A stretch of DNA of 64,000 bases. It comes from an uncultured bacterium. GTDB taxonomy: Bacteria; Babelota; Babeliae; Babelales; Babelaceae. The notes below the pieces were generated by a model. It ran no database searches and was not told where the DNA came from. It was given only the letters and a program-made list of their open reading frames with translations. A program made the position numbers and the translations under genes. Position 1 is the stretch's first letter. Every line of letters begins with the position of its first letter. Where the stretch lies: contig CAWFXL010000001.1 in NCBI GenBank assembly GCA_963819815.1, positions 1,120,001 to 1,184,000 of the forward strand, in the 5' to 3' direction. This document shows, in pieces, positions 1 through 10,805 of this stretch.

Positions 1-157
1 TAAATCAATGGGAAAGACTTCTGGTTAGCTAATCCTGCTAAAGGTTTTTATTGCCTGCTCAGCGTACCGTTAAAAACCGAATTGACGATTCGAGACTTTT
101 TGTGTATAATCTATATATAATTTATCAAAAATTTGCCAATTAATCAAAAAAATTCTT

Positions 158-1681
158 ATGGTTGTATTAAATATGACAAAAAACATCCGGCATTCAATCA
201 TCAATAGACTATTCCTTGCTCTACTGTTCAGCATTACACTATTCCAATACATATTTTCTGCAGACTGCACTAAAGCCTTCACAGATACGCGCAAACATCT
301 CACCCTCGAGCTCATAGCAGCAGTGAAAAGGGGAGATCACCTTGAAATAAAGTCTCTCGTCAGAAGAGGTGCTCTTATTGCCGATGATGATGGGGTTGGT
401 GGCAATAGAGGCATCAATGCCCTTGAATGGGCAGCTATTAAGGGTGATGAAAAGTGTATAAATGCGCTTCTAGATGCCTTAGAAAACAATTCCCTTCCCC
501 AAAATTCTCTATCTTGTGAAAGCAGCTACATCAATCCGAATGACACATTAGAGGAAATCAAGCAATTTCGTGAGGGTATTATCCTTTCTTTCTGCAGACT
601 CGATGGAGAAAACCGGCTAAATCTTCTTAGAGGCATCATGCGCCATGAACTCCCACCAAAAGCAAAGGAGTTTTTTGCGAATGTCATTGAAGACGCTGGG
701 CATCAGCTCACAAGAGATAAGCTCTTTGCTTTTGCTAAGTCTAGATATTATCGAGAGGTGGCAGAAGCTCTCTTGGCTACTGGATATATCTATTCATCAC
801 ATCCTTTAAGAGACTGGCCAGACTTTCAAGATCTTGATAGGCTCTATCAGGCAGCGGTTAGACGTTGCGATTACCGACTCATGAAGGCAATGGAAGGACT
901 TGCTATCTCTACTTTCAAGTTTATTACGACACCCTGCATGACTCAGGAAGATAAAGAGGCAAAAAAACTTTATTTTGAAGTCTTCATTCGAGCTAGCATA
1001 CTAAGGTATATGCCAACAAGGCAAAAAGCTAAGAAAGCTCTTTTTAGCTTGTGGCGCAAGATAGAGTTGCTCAACAAAGTTACCGTACTACCTCCCTATG
1101 TTCTTCTTGACATTCTCTCCTACCCTGGAGTATCCGATAAAGATTTGCTTACCCTTTCGGTGTATGAGGTGGCGCACTCTCTTGACGATATTGAGGCTCT
1201 GTTCATTACGATACCCATGAGAACCACTAGGACGGCACCTGAAATCAGGCAGCAGTTTAATCACTACTTCTGGCCATTATTGAAAGCAACAAGACAGCGT
1301 ATGATTAAGCAACTTCACAAAATTTCAAAAGCTGAGGAATGCTATAACCGACTCTTCCCGAACGTTGACTCATTTGAAAAGGACTATGAAAATGCGCTTA
1401 AGTCAGTTGCCCTGAAATCTGACGGCTCAGCCACAACAATTTCTTCTGCAAATCTTACTCAAATACTCCCTCCTATTGCTATAAAAGATGAGTCTCATAG
1501 AGATGCACCTAAGCCAGTTACCCTGGAATCTGAGGACTCAGCTACAACAAGCTCTTCCGCAAATTCAACTCAAATGCTCCCCCCTATTGCCACAGAAAAA
1601 GAATGCGCAAGCCATGAAACGGTGAGAAGTAATAGCTGGGCCTGGAAGCTCTTGGAGGTATTTTGGGGTCAAAGTGGGTAA
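158..1681 (+). CDS. Secreted ankyrin-repeat-containing protein with a duplicated 37-aa C-terminal segment
   Basis: N-terminal hydrophobic signal (LFLALLFSITLFQYIFSA); ankyrin-like helices LIAAVKRGDHLEIKSLVRRGA and NALEWAAIKGDEKCINALL; start may be 173. Confidence 0.65.
   Translation: MVVLNMTKNIRHSIINRLFLALLFSITLFQYIFSADCTKAFTDTRKHLTLELIAAVKRGDHLEIKSLVRRGALIADDDGVGGNRGINALEWAAIKGDEKCINALLDALENNSLPQNSLSCESSYINPNDTLEEIKQFREGIILSFCRLDGENRLNLLRGIMRHELPPKAKEFFANVIEDAGHQLTRDKLFAFAKSRYYREVAEALLATGYIYSSHPLRDWPDFQDLDRLYQAAVRRCDYRLMKAMEGLAISTFKFITTPCMTQEDKEAKKLYFEVFIRASILRYMPTRQKAKKALFSLWRKIELLNKVTVLPPYVLLDILSYPGVSDKDLLTLSVYEVAHSLDDIEALFITIPMRTTRTAPEIRQQFNHYFWPLLKATRQRMIKQLHKISKAEECYNRLFPNVDSFEKDYENALKSVALKSDGSATTISSANLTQILPPIAIKDESHRDAPKPVTLESEDSATTSSSANSTQMLPPIATEKECASHETVRSNSWAWKLLEVFWGQSG
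1400..1600 (+). repeat. Intragenic imperfect tandem duplication, 111-nt (37-aa) period
   Basis: KSVALKSDGSATTISSANLTQILPPIA versus KPVTLESEDSATTSSSANSTQMLPPIA; DNA copies start at 1400 and 1511. Confidence 0.85.
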
Positions 1682-1863
1682 AACCTATTCTTTACCAAGG
1701 ATGAAAGCATAACTATTAGATCAATTTTTTGAAAGTAGCACGAATAGTTCAATTTTTCAAAATTTTAGAAGATTGAGCTCCTTCGACTCATAGGCTAGGT
1801 GAATTCATTCAAGCATGCTACACTACTTCTTATACAGCAACTACCTGCGCTCAAGGAGCTCCT

Positions 1864-2217
1864 ATGAATGACTCAACTACCACTATAGATTCCCTCAAAA
1901 AGAACGTACGCTCCTTTATCGAGGAGCGAGATTGGCAGAAATTTCAGACTCCCAAGAATGTCACCATGGCTCTTTCGGTGGAAGTCGCTGAACTCATGGA
2001 GTTTTTTATGTGGGATACTTCTCAAGGGTCAGTTCAAAAGCTTGATGAAAAGCGAGAAGCAGTAGAAATGGAAGTTGCTGACATAGCATCATATCTTTTA
2101 ACACTCTGCACCTATTACAATATTGACCTGACAAAGGCAATGGAGCGCAAGGCCAAGCTTAACGCAGACAAATACACTCTTGAAAAGAGTAAGGAAATCT
2201 CAGGCACCATATACTAA
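1864..2217 (+). CDS. MazG-like nucleotide pyrophosphohydrolase (dCTP pyrophosphatase-type), copy 1
   Basis: ERDWxxFxTPKN..ALSVEVAELMEFFMW and EVAD motifs; aaggag RBS. Confidence 0.85.
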   Translation: MNDSTTTIDSLKKNVRSFIEERDWQKFQTPKNVTMALSVEVAELMEFFMWDTSQGSVQKLDEKREAVEMEVADIASYLLTLCTYYNIDLTKAMERKAKLNADKYTLEKSKEISGTIY

Positions 2218-2340
2218 TTGGGTAGCTGCATAGTTGTAATTGTTCAAACTCTACCCGATTTAGGCGAATTTACTCAGACATGCTACACTACTTCTTACTA
2301 GCACCCTATAGAGCAACTCTATACGCTTCAAGGAGTACCT

Positions 2341-2700
2341 ATGAACGACTCAACTACTACCATAGATTCCCTCAAAAAGAGCGTACGTTCCTTTGTCGAT
2401 GAACGAGACTGGCAACAATTTCGTACTCCTAAGAATGTTACTATGGCCCTCTCAGTAGAAGCTGCTGAGCTCATGGAGTTTTTTATGTGGGATACTCCTC
2501 AAGGGTCCGTGCAAAAGCTTGAAGAAAAGCGAGAATCTGTAGAAATGGAAGTTGCTGATGTAGCAGCCTATCTTTTCTATCTCTGCTCAAACTATAATAT
2601 CGACCTTACACAAGCAATGGAACGTAAGACTAAGCTCAATGCGGCTAAATACCCGATTGAAAAAAGCAAGGGCATCTCCGCAAAATATAATGATCTGTAA
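2341..2700 (+). CDS. MazG-like nucleotide pyrophosphohydrolase, copy 2
   Basis: Same motifs; canonical C-terminus KYPIEKSKGISAKY. Confidence 0.88.
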   Translation: MNDSTTTIDSLKKSVRSFVDERDWQQFRTPKNVTMALSVEAAELMEFFMWDTPQGSVQKLEEKRESVEMEVADVAAYLFYLCSNYNIDLTQAMERKTKLNAAKYPIEKSKGISAKYNDL

Positions 2701-2702
2701 GC

Positions 2703-4667
2703 ATGTACATCACCGTCAAACTCCTTAACGGGTTTAAAGAATCACTTACCTATAAAGTTCCCCACGGATGGTCCTCAAAAGAACTAGAGGGAACCCTTAT
2801 CAAAGTACCTCTTCAAAAGAGGTATGAATTCGCATTCGTTGAAAAGTGCTTTACCCATCTTGATAGCAGAGCTACCTACGTCATTAGAGAAGCAGCCGCC
2901 ACCGACCTTATCCCTACTGATCCCCATTACATGTCGTTCTTAACCAAGTTAAGTGCATACTATGCTCTTGATAAGTTCACCTTTATACGGCGGTTAAAGC
3001 ATTTTTTTGAGGAAAAGAAGCAAACGCACGAGATTATCTTATCTGATTCATTTGAACCAAAGAGCACGACGCTCACTCAGGAACAACAGACTATTGTTAC
3101 TACCTTGTCTCAAAAAATTACTGAAGGGGTATACTACCCTTCCTTGCTCCATGGAGTTACTGGATCAGGAAAAACTGAAGTCTATAAAGCGCTTATCCAA
3201 CATGCTTGGCAAGAGGGGAAAGGAGCCTTACTGCTTTTACCCGAGGTATCGCTTGCAGCTCAATTCTCCCGCCTTTTGAAAAAGCAGCTGCCGAGCTCTA
3301 TTTCTCTGTTTAGCTTTCACTCAGCTACCAGTGCATCAGAAAAACGTGCCCTCTGGGCACATCTTATGGAAAATAGGCCTGCCGTTATTCTCGGTGTACA
3401 TCTACCTATGTTGCTGCCTCTTCCGCAACTTGGTCTTATTATTATCGATGAAGAGCATGACCCTGGTTACCAAGAAAAGCGTCATCCTAAAGTAAATATG
3501 AAAGAAGCAGCACTCTTACGAGCCCAATGTTCCTCTATCCCGGTCATTGCCGGCTCTGCCACACCCTCTATAACTTCGCTTTATAATGTAGAACATAGAG
3601 GCTGGCATCTCTTTACGTTAAAAAAACGTTTTGCCGGTTCATTTCCCAATGTTCGGGTAGTTAAACTTACGCATAAGAGTCCGCGAAAACATTTCTTTAT
3701 CAGTACTGAACTTGAAGAAGCTCTCAAAAAGCAGCTTGAGAAAAAAGAGCAGACCATCATATTTCTCAATAGACGAGGGTACTGCTTCTTTATTCAATGC
3801 AAATCGTGTGGTACGGTCCCTCACTGCGTAAACTGCGACGTGAGCCTCACCCTTCATAAAAATGATACATTACGCTGCCACTATTGCTCCTATGCTATCG
3901 CGCTCCCTTCTGAATGTAGCTCATGTAAAAAAACGGTCTTCCTCAAAAAGGGAATCGGCACGCAACAAGTCGTCACTATTCTTGAGAAACTATTTCCTCA
4001 CGCTCGCATAGCTCGAGCTGATCTTGACACTACCATCGATAAGAAAAAATGGACTGAGACCATGAAGGCATTCGAGGCAGGAGAAACCGATATTCTTGTC
4101 GGCACTCAAACGATTACCAAAGGGTACCATTTCCCTAAAGTTACCTTAGTGGGGATCCTCTGGGCAGATATTAACTTAAGTATTCCGATGTACAATGCAG
4201 CAGAAGTTACTCTGCAGCAGCTCATTCAGGTAGCAGGACGAGCAGGACGACAATCACCTGACAGTCAAGTCATCGTACAGACCCTGATTGATCATCCTAT
4301 ATTTCAGTACTTGAATGAGCAGGATTATACAAACTATTACGCCCATGAAATTGAAAAAAGAAAGGAGGTTATCTATCCTCCTTGTATCCGATTTGCTGAA
4401 ATAGAGTGTAAGCACGAAAATGAATCGATCGTTGAGCAAGAAGCCAAGCGTTTAGCACAGATACTTAAAAAGTCTGCACTGCAGGACAGAAAAAAGATCA
4501 CGATACTCGGGCCAAGCACACCACCCGTATCAAAAATTAAAAAGGTTTATTCTCGGAAGATATATATAAAGGCTGAGTCGATAGATACTATTATAGGCAC
4601 CTATCGTGCAATAGATCGCAGCTCATTCAAATGCGCGCTCTACTTTACCCCAAATCCCCTTTCATAA
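2703..4667 (+). CDS. priA: Primosomal protein N' (replication restart helicase)
   Basis: GVTGSGKTEVY, DEEH, GSATPS, FLNRRG, four CxxC zinc motifs, QVAGRAGR. Confidence 0.97.
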   Translation: MYITVKLLNGFKESLTYKVPHGWSSKELEGTLIKVPLQKRYEFAFVEKCFTHLDSRATYVIREAAATDLIPTDPHYMSFLTKLSAYYALDKFTFIRRLKHFFEEKKQTHEIILSDSFEPKSTTLTQEQQTIVTTLSQKITEGVYYPSLLHGVTGSGKTEVYKALIQHAWQEGKGALLLLPEVSLAAQFSRLLKKQLPSSISLFSFHSATSASEKRALWAHLMENRPAVILGVHLPMLLPLPQLGLIIIDEEHDPGYQEKRHPKVNMKEAALLRAQCSSIPVIAGSATPSITSLYNVEHRGWHLFTLKKRFAGSFPNVRVVKLTHKSPRKHFFISTELEEALKKQLEKKEQTIIFLNRRGYCFFIQCKSCGTVPHCVNCDVSLTLHKNDTLRCHYCSYAIALPSECSSCKKTVFLKKGIGTQQVVTILEKLFPHARIARADLDTTIDKKKWTETMKAFEAGETDILVGTQTITKGYHFPKVTLVGILWADINLSIPMYNAAEVTLQQLIQVAGRAGRQSPDSQVIVQTLIDHPIFQYLNEQDYTNYYAHEIEKRKEVIYPPCIRFAEIECKHENESIVEQEAKRLAQILKKSALQDRKKITILGPSTPPVSKIKKVYSRKIYIKAESIDTIIGTYRAIDRSSFKCALYFTPNPLS

Positions 4668-4711
4668 AGCAGCGACCGCTGAACTTTTGAACAGTCGAAG
4701 AAGCTAGAAAA

Positions 4712-5401
4712 CTACTTTCGACGAAAGGCGAGCCTATCAAGGAAGAATTCTTGTTTGATATCACCGGTATAAAGATCTTTATTAATCCCTATAAGACGTA
4801 CTTTTAATGCGGCGACCTCTTTCTTATTGGTAGCTACAGAAGCTATTAGATCAGAAAGCTCATGCCTTCCTTTCTCATTGCGATAGGTCTCAGATGTGTG
4901 CTTCATGGCTGTAAGGGTATACTCTTGCTTATCCACTTCAAAGGTTTTCAGAAGAAGCTTTCTTTCAACATCTACCTTATCACCTGCCAAAAATGCTTTT
5001 TTCATGATCAGGTCAAACACTGGTTTGCTCACCGGCTGTCCCCCGTTAAGTACAGCAATATCCTTTTCCATTGAGGCAGCAAGAAGTCCTAACTCATCGA
5101 TATAGGTTGGATACAGGAGCTGCTTCAGCTTCTCATGGTACTGTTGATAGGAAGGAACCTGACCCTGAACCGGAACTGACAGGTTCTGCTTCTCTTTAAA
5201 AGAATCTGCCAGTTCTTTCTTCAAATCTTGAATCGCTTGCTTAACGGCCAGTTGCTTGTTTTGAACGATAAAAAGCCCCTCAATTACAGCCCCCTTTGTA
5301 ACCGCATCTGATTCAGCAGCACCTTTGGAAACGGAATGTACCTGAGCTTTTCCCTGGGCGCTACATATTCCCAGAACAAAAATGACACTATATTTTTTCA
5401 T
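4712..5401 (-). CDS. Hypothetical secreted helical protein
   Basis: 229-aa ORF with signal peptide MKKYSVIFVLGICSAQGKA and aaggga RBS. Confidence 0.7.
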   Translation of the reverse strand: MKKYSVIFVLGICSAQGKAQVHSVSKGAAESDAVTKGAVIEGLFIVQNKQLAVKQAIQDLKKELADSFKEKQNLSVPVQGQVPSYQQYHEKLKQLLYPTYIDELGLLAASMEKDIAVLNGGQPVSKPVFDLIMKKAFLAGDKVDVERKLLLKTFEVDKQEYTLTAMKHTSETYRNEKGRHELSDLIASVATNKKEVAALKVRLIGINKDLYTGDIKQEFFLDRLAFRRK

Positions 5402-5458
5402 GATCTATCCCTTTTTATTTAAGCGTACACAAACAAAAGAATCACTGTAAAGAGTGCT

Positions 5459-6421
5459 TTATAACTTATTTTTATACTGCATAGAACGCTCATCATAAAA
5501 GAAAAGTGCGACGCCCATAAAGGTAACAGCGCATGCTATGAAGAAAAGCGTTGAGAGTGGTTCGCCAAGCAACGTCCAACCAATAAGTTGAACAAAGATT
5601 GGAATCAAAAATCCAGCAAGGGCCACAAATGTTGCACTGTGCCTTTTAAGAGCATATCCATACAGCGTGTACCCAAGCACATTTCCAATAAGCGTCGTAT
5701 ACAGAAGAAAAACACTCAGCTGAGCCATGGATGAAAGCGATATAAATGGCTGCATGCTTAAAAGAGGTATATCAGCAAACGATAAGGGAGTCACGGTATA
5801 GGTTCCTCGCATTAAAACCATAGCAAGACAGAGAATGCCACTCACTCCCATAGTAAAAACATTAAACTGAAGCGGTGTTATATGCTCCTTCTTCAAGAGC
5901 TGCTGCCCCTGAATCCAACCCAGTCTACTTATGATAACTGCGGCTAAAGCGGCTAATTCAGGGTAAGATAGGATAGCAAATGCTTTAAGCTGCTCTTCCA
6001 TGGGAGACAAGCTTGATAATAGGATGAGCATCCCACAAAACCCAATCGCTATGCCTAGCCATTGTCGCCAACTCAAGCGCTCATGAAACCAAAAATATGA
6101 ATAGAGCGCTGCCACAAAGGGATCAAGTGTGCCAAAATATGCCATCTTATAAGAAGGCATATTGGCTAAGGCATAGGCTTTTAAGTTTGAAGGAAAAAAC
6201 GTTGTACACAAGGCGATAATGATCAGCCCTGCAAAAAACTGCTTAAGTACCTGCCATCGTAAGATATACCCCTCACGAGCGTAGACATACCCAGCAAGCA
6301 AAACAGATGCTGCCGCCATACGTATCCCTACAAGGAACTCAGGACTTAATGCAAACAAAATCACTTTATTGGCTGAGATGCCACTTGCTAAGAAAACATA
6401 TGCTAGGAATAGGAGCATCAT
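5459..6421 (-). CDS. DMT/EamA family transporter
   Basis: About 10 TM helices, two EamA halves (ERLSWRQWLGIAIGFCG; GWTLLGEP). Confidence 0.9.
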   Translation of the reverse strand: MMLLFLAYVFLASGISANKVILFALSPEFLVGIRMAAASVLLAGYVYAREGYILRWQVLKQFFAGLIIIALCTTFFPSNLKAYALANMPSYKMAYFGTLDPFVAALYSYFWFHERLSWRQWLGIAIGFCGMLILLSSLSPMEEQLKAFAILSYPELAALAAVIISRLGWIQGQQLLKKEHITPLQFNVFTMGVSGILCLAMVLMRGTYTVTPLSFADIPLLSMQPFISLSSMAQLSVFLLYTTLIGNVLGYTLYGYALKRHSATFVALAGFLIPIFVQLIGWTLLGEPLSTLFFIACAVTFMGVALFFYDERSMQYKNKL

Positions 6422-6975
6422 ACCTTATTCTCACAAAAGAAAAAAGTGCGATAATGCTTCAGCTCTTCAATCGACTGCATAATATCCTCCATCGCCCGGT
6501 GGTTCTCTACCTTTACAAAAAACGTATGCTCATTTGTAGGGTACCAACGCTTAATAGCCTCTTTTATTGAACTCACATCGATAATACGATAGTTCAAAAA
6601 TCGGTCTAGACGAGGCATCTGCTTGCGCAAGAAATGGCGATCTTGCCATACTGAGTTTCCACACAAGGGAGAAAGCCCTCGATGTGCAAATTCCTCAAGG
6701 AATATAAGGGTGGCTTCCTCAGCCTCTTCAAGAGAAATGGTAGACTTGACCACTTTATCGATAAGTCCAGATTTGCCATGATGAGTTTTATTCCAATCAT
6801 CCATGCTTTCTAGATATGACTCATCGCAGTGTATAACCAGAGAAGGGCCCTCGGCAACCAGGTCGAGATTGTTCGACGTTACCACGGTGGCAATCTCAAT
6901 AATAGTCTCCCGATCGGGATCCAAGCCGGTCATTTCTAAATCAATCCAAACGAGGTTACTCTGATAACGGTCCAT
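6418..6975 (-). CDS. orn: Oligoribonuclease
   Basis: LVWIDLEMTGL, CGNSVWQDR, YRIIDVSS, HRAMEDI. Confidence 0.97.
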   Translation of the reverse strand: MDRYQSNLVWIDLEMTGLDPDRETIIEIATVVTSNNLDLVAEGPSLVIHCDESYLESMDDWNKTHHGKSGLIDKVVKSTISLEEAEEATLIFLEEFAHRGLSPLCGNSVWQDRHFLRKQMPRLDRFLNYRIIDVSSIKEAIKRWYPTNEHTFFVKVENHRAMEDIMQSIEELKHYRTFFFCENKV

Positions 6976-7002
6976 ACTATTTTCTTAATCGGTTAAACGT
7001 AT

Positions 7003-8211
7003 TTAGCCTAGTATACGACCTTCATAGTAAATTACCAAGAGTGCGAGGGGCATTAAGAGGCAAAGCGATAAACTTATCGACAGATTTGATGCCACAGACT
7101 TGCAATCTCGCGGGAACTGCTCACATTTTTTATAAATTTCGGGCGCAAACTGGAATTTGGTTAATTCCGTTTTATGCTGATCTGTAAACTGTGTTTCCAT
7201 ATCTTTGAGTATCTCCTTCACAATACCTCGAATCGGAAATGAATCAGCTTCTTGAACATTCTCCCAAGCTAATATGAGTTCAAGTAAAGCCGGGAAAATC
7301 TTTGTCCATTTTTGCTTTTCTTGCATTTGCATAAAACCGTACAGAAAACTAGGCAACACAATCTGATACCATTGTCTAGCCTTGAAGCTATCCATAAAAC
7401 CTGGATAGGACCTCTCTAAAAGATTGGGCGAAACAATAAACAAATAACCTAAATCGCTGCCAATATTATCTGCTTTTGCAAGCGTCTGTGCGATAAATTC
7501 ATTATCTATTAAACTGATAAGACCATTGCTCTCATAGAAAATATTGCCATGATGGAAGTCTTTGTGGCTAATCGTTTGATTAATGGTGCCAAGGCTGCTA
7601 TAGAATTTTGCCATAGCATTACCAAGATCATAATAGGCTTTAGAAGCAAAACTAATTAAGTTTTGATCATCAGGGTTACGTTCAAAATCTTCCATTATTG
7701 ACTGGAATCTCACTCCTTGTGCCTTTGGCATGAGTGACATGATATGCTGTCTACCACCGTAGTTATACATTAAGTAGCGGCTAGGAAGTATCAACTGCAG
7801 ATTATCCCGCTTATTGGGGTAGATATAGGGCTGCAGTCTTTGAGCGCTACGTACCTGTTCTAGCCTATCAATTTCTTCAAATTCCCTATCTTTTTTTATC
7901 TTTTTAAGTACGTGTGAGTTACCATTCATACATTCGATTAACCACAATTGATCTGAGCCATAGGATTCTTTAAGCTCTTTTGAAAGGAGTTCTACCTTCT
8001 TTACTTCGTGAAAATCGCTTGGAATTGCTCCTTCTTGAGCCGCCTGTTTCAAAAAAAATACAAGATCTGTATCATCTTTAAAGTTTCCATAGCTATCAAA
8101 TTGAATATGACTTTGAGGGATGATGTCGGCTGGTTCAAGCAAATTGGCTCTCGCTGCGCCCATAAGAGCACCTGCAGCTACTAAAAAAGACATTGCTCGT
8201 AGTTTTTTCAT
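7003..8211 (-). CDS. Secreted kinase-like (APH/protein kinase fold) protein with C-terminal hydrophobic tail
   Basis: Signal peptide; VLK lysine motif, HKDFHHGN catalytic loop, LIDNE; hydrophobic C-terminus. Confidence 0.65.
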   Translation of the reverse strand: MKKLRAMSFLVAAGALMGAARANLLEPADIIPQSHIQFDSYGNFKDDTDLVFFLKQAAQEGAIPSDFHEVKKVELLSKELKESYGSDQLWLIECMNGNSHVLKKIKKDREFEEIDRLEQVRSAQRLQPYIYPNKRDNLQLILPSRYLMYNYGGRQHIMSLMPKAQGVRFQSIMEDFERNPDDQNLISFASKAYYDLGNAMAKFYSSLGTINQTISHKDFHHGNIFYESNGLISLIDNEFIAQTLAKADNIGSDLGYLFIVSPNLLERSYPGFMDSFKARQWYQIVLPSFLYGFMQMQEKQKWTKIFPALLELILAWENVQEADSFPIRGIVKEILKDMETQFTDQHKTELTKFQFAPEIYKKCEQFPRDCKSVASNLSISLSLCLLMPLALLVIYYEGRILG

Positions 8212-8550
8212 CGAATTTTACTTTCTTTGTACATTTCTAAACTAATTATAGAAAAAAATATTAAAAACAGTCAATAATTATCAACATATTAAGCCGACTA
8301 ATAGCACACCTGGAAGCATAGCAATGAAGCAATCCAAAATTGCAGGATTGAGAAAACCTCTGGACAAATAATTTCACCCATCTAACCCTCTTTTAAAAAC
8401 TTGAGAAGTTTGCATCAAGATCGTTCCCAAAGCATCTAAGCATTTGATAGCGCACATGCGAGTATCTCAAGTTTTTTTGACGCATTCTCTCAGTATGATA
8501 AGCTTAAGCAAGATGGGTCCATAACTATTCATAAGATGCAGGGGTTTATC

Positions 8551-10805
8551 ATGAGTGCATTACGAGTCGGTGTATTGATGGGAGGCCGAGGAAGTGAGCG
8601 CGAAGTATCACTCAATTCAGGGCGTACCATTTGTGATCATTTAGATACGTTTCGCTACATGATTATTCCTCTCTTTCAACGACCTGATGGCTCCCTGTAT
8701 ATTTTACCATGGCGCTTTCTTCATAGAGGTAAAACCACCGACTTTGAGCACCGTCTTGAAAAAGAGGCGGAAAGAATCACTTGGGATTCGCTAAAAGAAC
8801 GTATCGACTTTATGTATACAGCTATGCATGGACGATATGCAGAAGATGGAACCCTACAAGGATTTTTGGAAGTGCTTGGTATCCCCTATCTTGGATCAAA
8901 GGTATTTGCAAGCGCCCTCGGCATGGACAAGATCATGCAGAAAAAGTTCCTCAGAGCAGCCGGCATAACTGTTCCTCAAGACATCATCGTAAAACCACAT
9001 GAGATACCAATGTACCTGCAAGATCCTTCATCGCTCTATAAGAAGATTGATCACATTGGCTATCCTTGCATCGCGAAGCCTCATAAAGAAGGATCAAGTA
9101 TGGGAATTAGCGTTGTCCATACTCAAGAAGAGCTTCTTCCTGCGATTACAAAAGCCTCTCAAGCCGATGCCTATAAGGATCAAGCGGTGCTTGTAGAAGA
9201 ATATATCGAAGGTATGGAGTTTTCATGTATTACCATCACCGACCAAAAAGGTATAATCAGACCACTCCCTCCAACCGAAATCGTCTGTGACCCTTCAACT
9301 ACTTTCTTTGATTATGAGCAGAAGTATATGCCAGGTAAATCAACAAAGTTCACACCTGCACGCTGCTCAGCGGAGCTCCTTAAAAAAGTTCAAGATACAG
9401 CTATTGCGGTAACTCAAGCCCTTCATTTTAGGACAATTTCTCGTATTGATGGGTTTGTTACGAAAGATGGCCGCATCGTTATTACGGACCCTAACTCGTT
9501 AGCGGGCATGGCTCCTTCAAGCTTTGTCTTTCGACAAGCAGCAGAATGCAATTTAAGCCATACAGACTTTATTAATTATCTCATTGAAACTGAGCTCTCT
9601 CAGTACGGCATGCTTTCAGAACTCTTACAACACGAGCATACACAGCGAGCATCTATGAAACAGCTAGAAAAAAAAGAGTCGGAGTCCTCTTAGGTGGACG
9701 TAATCATGAGAGAGAGGTCTCTTTAGACTCAGGACGTAATATCTTTTACAAACTTTCTCCTGTCAAATATGAGCCTATAGCTTTATTCGTTTCAAAAGAT
9801 CTCGAGCTCTTTAAAATCGACCAAAATCTCCTCGTGCGTAATTCAACCAAAGAAATTGCGCTCGCCCTTACTCCCGATATGAAAATTGCCTGGAATGATC
9901 TTTCTGCACTCGTCGATTTTGTGTTCATTGGACTGCATGGCGATGCAGGAGAAAATGGAAGTGTTCAGGGCACCCTTGAAATGCTTGGGGTGCCTTATAA
10001 TGGTTCTTCAGTACTTGCAAGCGCTCTCTGTATAGACAAATATGCAACGGGACAATTTCTTAAAAGTGAAGGCTTTGATGTTCCTGTACAATATCTTATA
10101 GAAAGAAAACAGTGGGAAACCTCTCAAGACGAGGTCCTTCAAACCCTTGATGCTCTCTATAAGAACAAGTCATTAATTATTAAGCCTTATGATGATGGCT
10201 GCAGTGTTATGGTAGCGCAAGCTCGCACCAGGGAAGAAAAAATACAGGCGATCAGTACAATCTTTAATGATGGCAAGTCACATGCCCTTGTAGAAGACCT
10301 TATTCAAGGAATGGAATTAACTGTTGGAGTCATAGGAAATGCAATTCCACGAGCATTACCGCCAAGCCAAGCTATATCAGCACATGCTGTCCTCTCTATG
10401 GAAGAAAAGTTCCTCCCTGGAGCCGGCGAAAACCAAACTCCCGCCCCTATACCCCAGCACGCTCAAACCTTTGTTAAAAAGATCCTAGAAGAAGCGTATG
10501 CAGCACTTGACTGCAAAGGATATGTTCGTATCGACTGCTTTTACCAAGCAGCTCAAGAAAGCCCCACGGGCTCTGAAAGGCTCGTTATCCTCGAAGTCAA
10601 TACACTCCCCGCACTTACCCCCGCAACCTGTATCTTCCACCAAGCTGCCGAAATCGGCTTGAATCCTATGGAATTTATTGACCTGATTGTCGAGTTCGGG
10701 TTTGACGAGCATAGCCGGCGGGGAATTGTAGTGGCTACTGACACATCCATGCATAGCCGCTCAACTAGTATGGCTATGAACCCGCCGGCCCTCGAGACTC
10801 TCTAG
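8551..10805 (+). CDS. ddl: Tandem double-domain D-alanine--D-alanine ligase, split by a -1 frameshift at A8 (9668-9675)
   Basis: Domain 1 has VGVLMGGRGSEREVSLNSG, HGRYAEDG, FFDYEQKY; after the A-run the -1 frame reads KRVGVLLGGRNHEREVSLDSG and continues into ORF 9834-10805 (HGDAGENG, EVNTLP). Confidence 0.85.
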
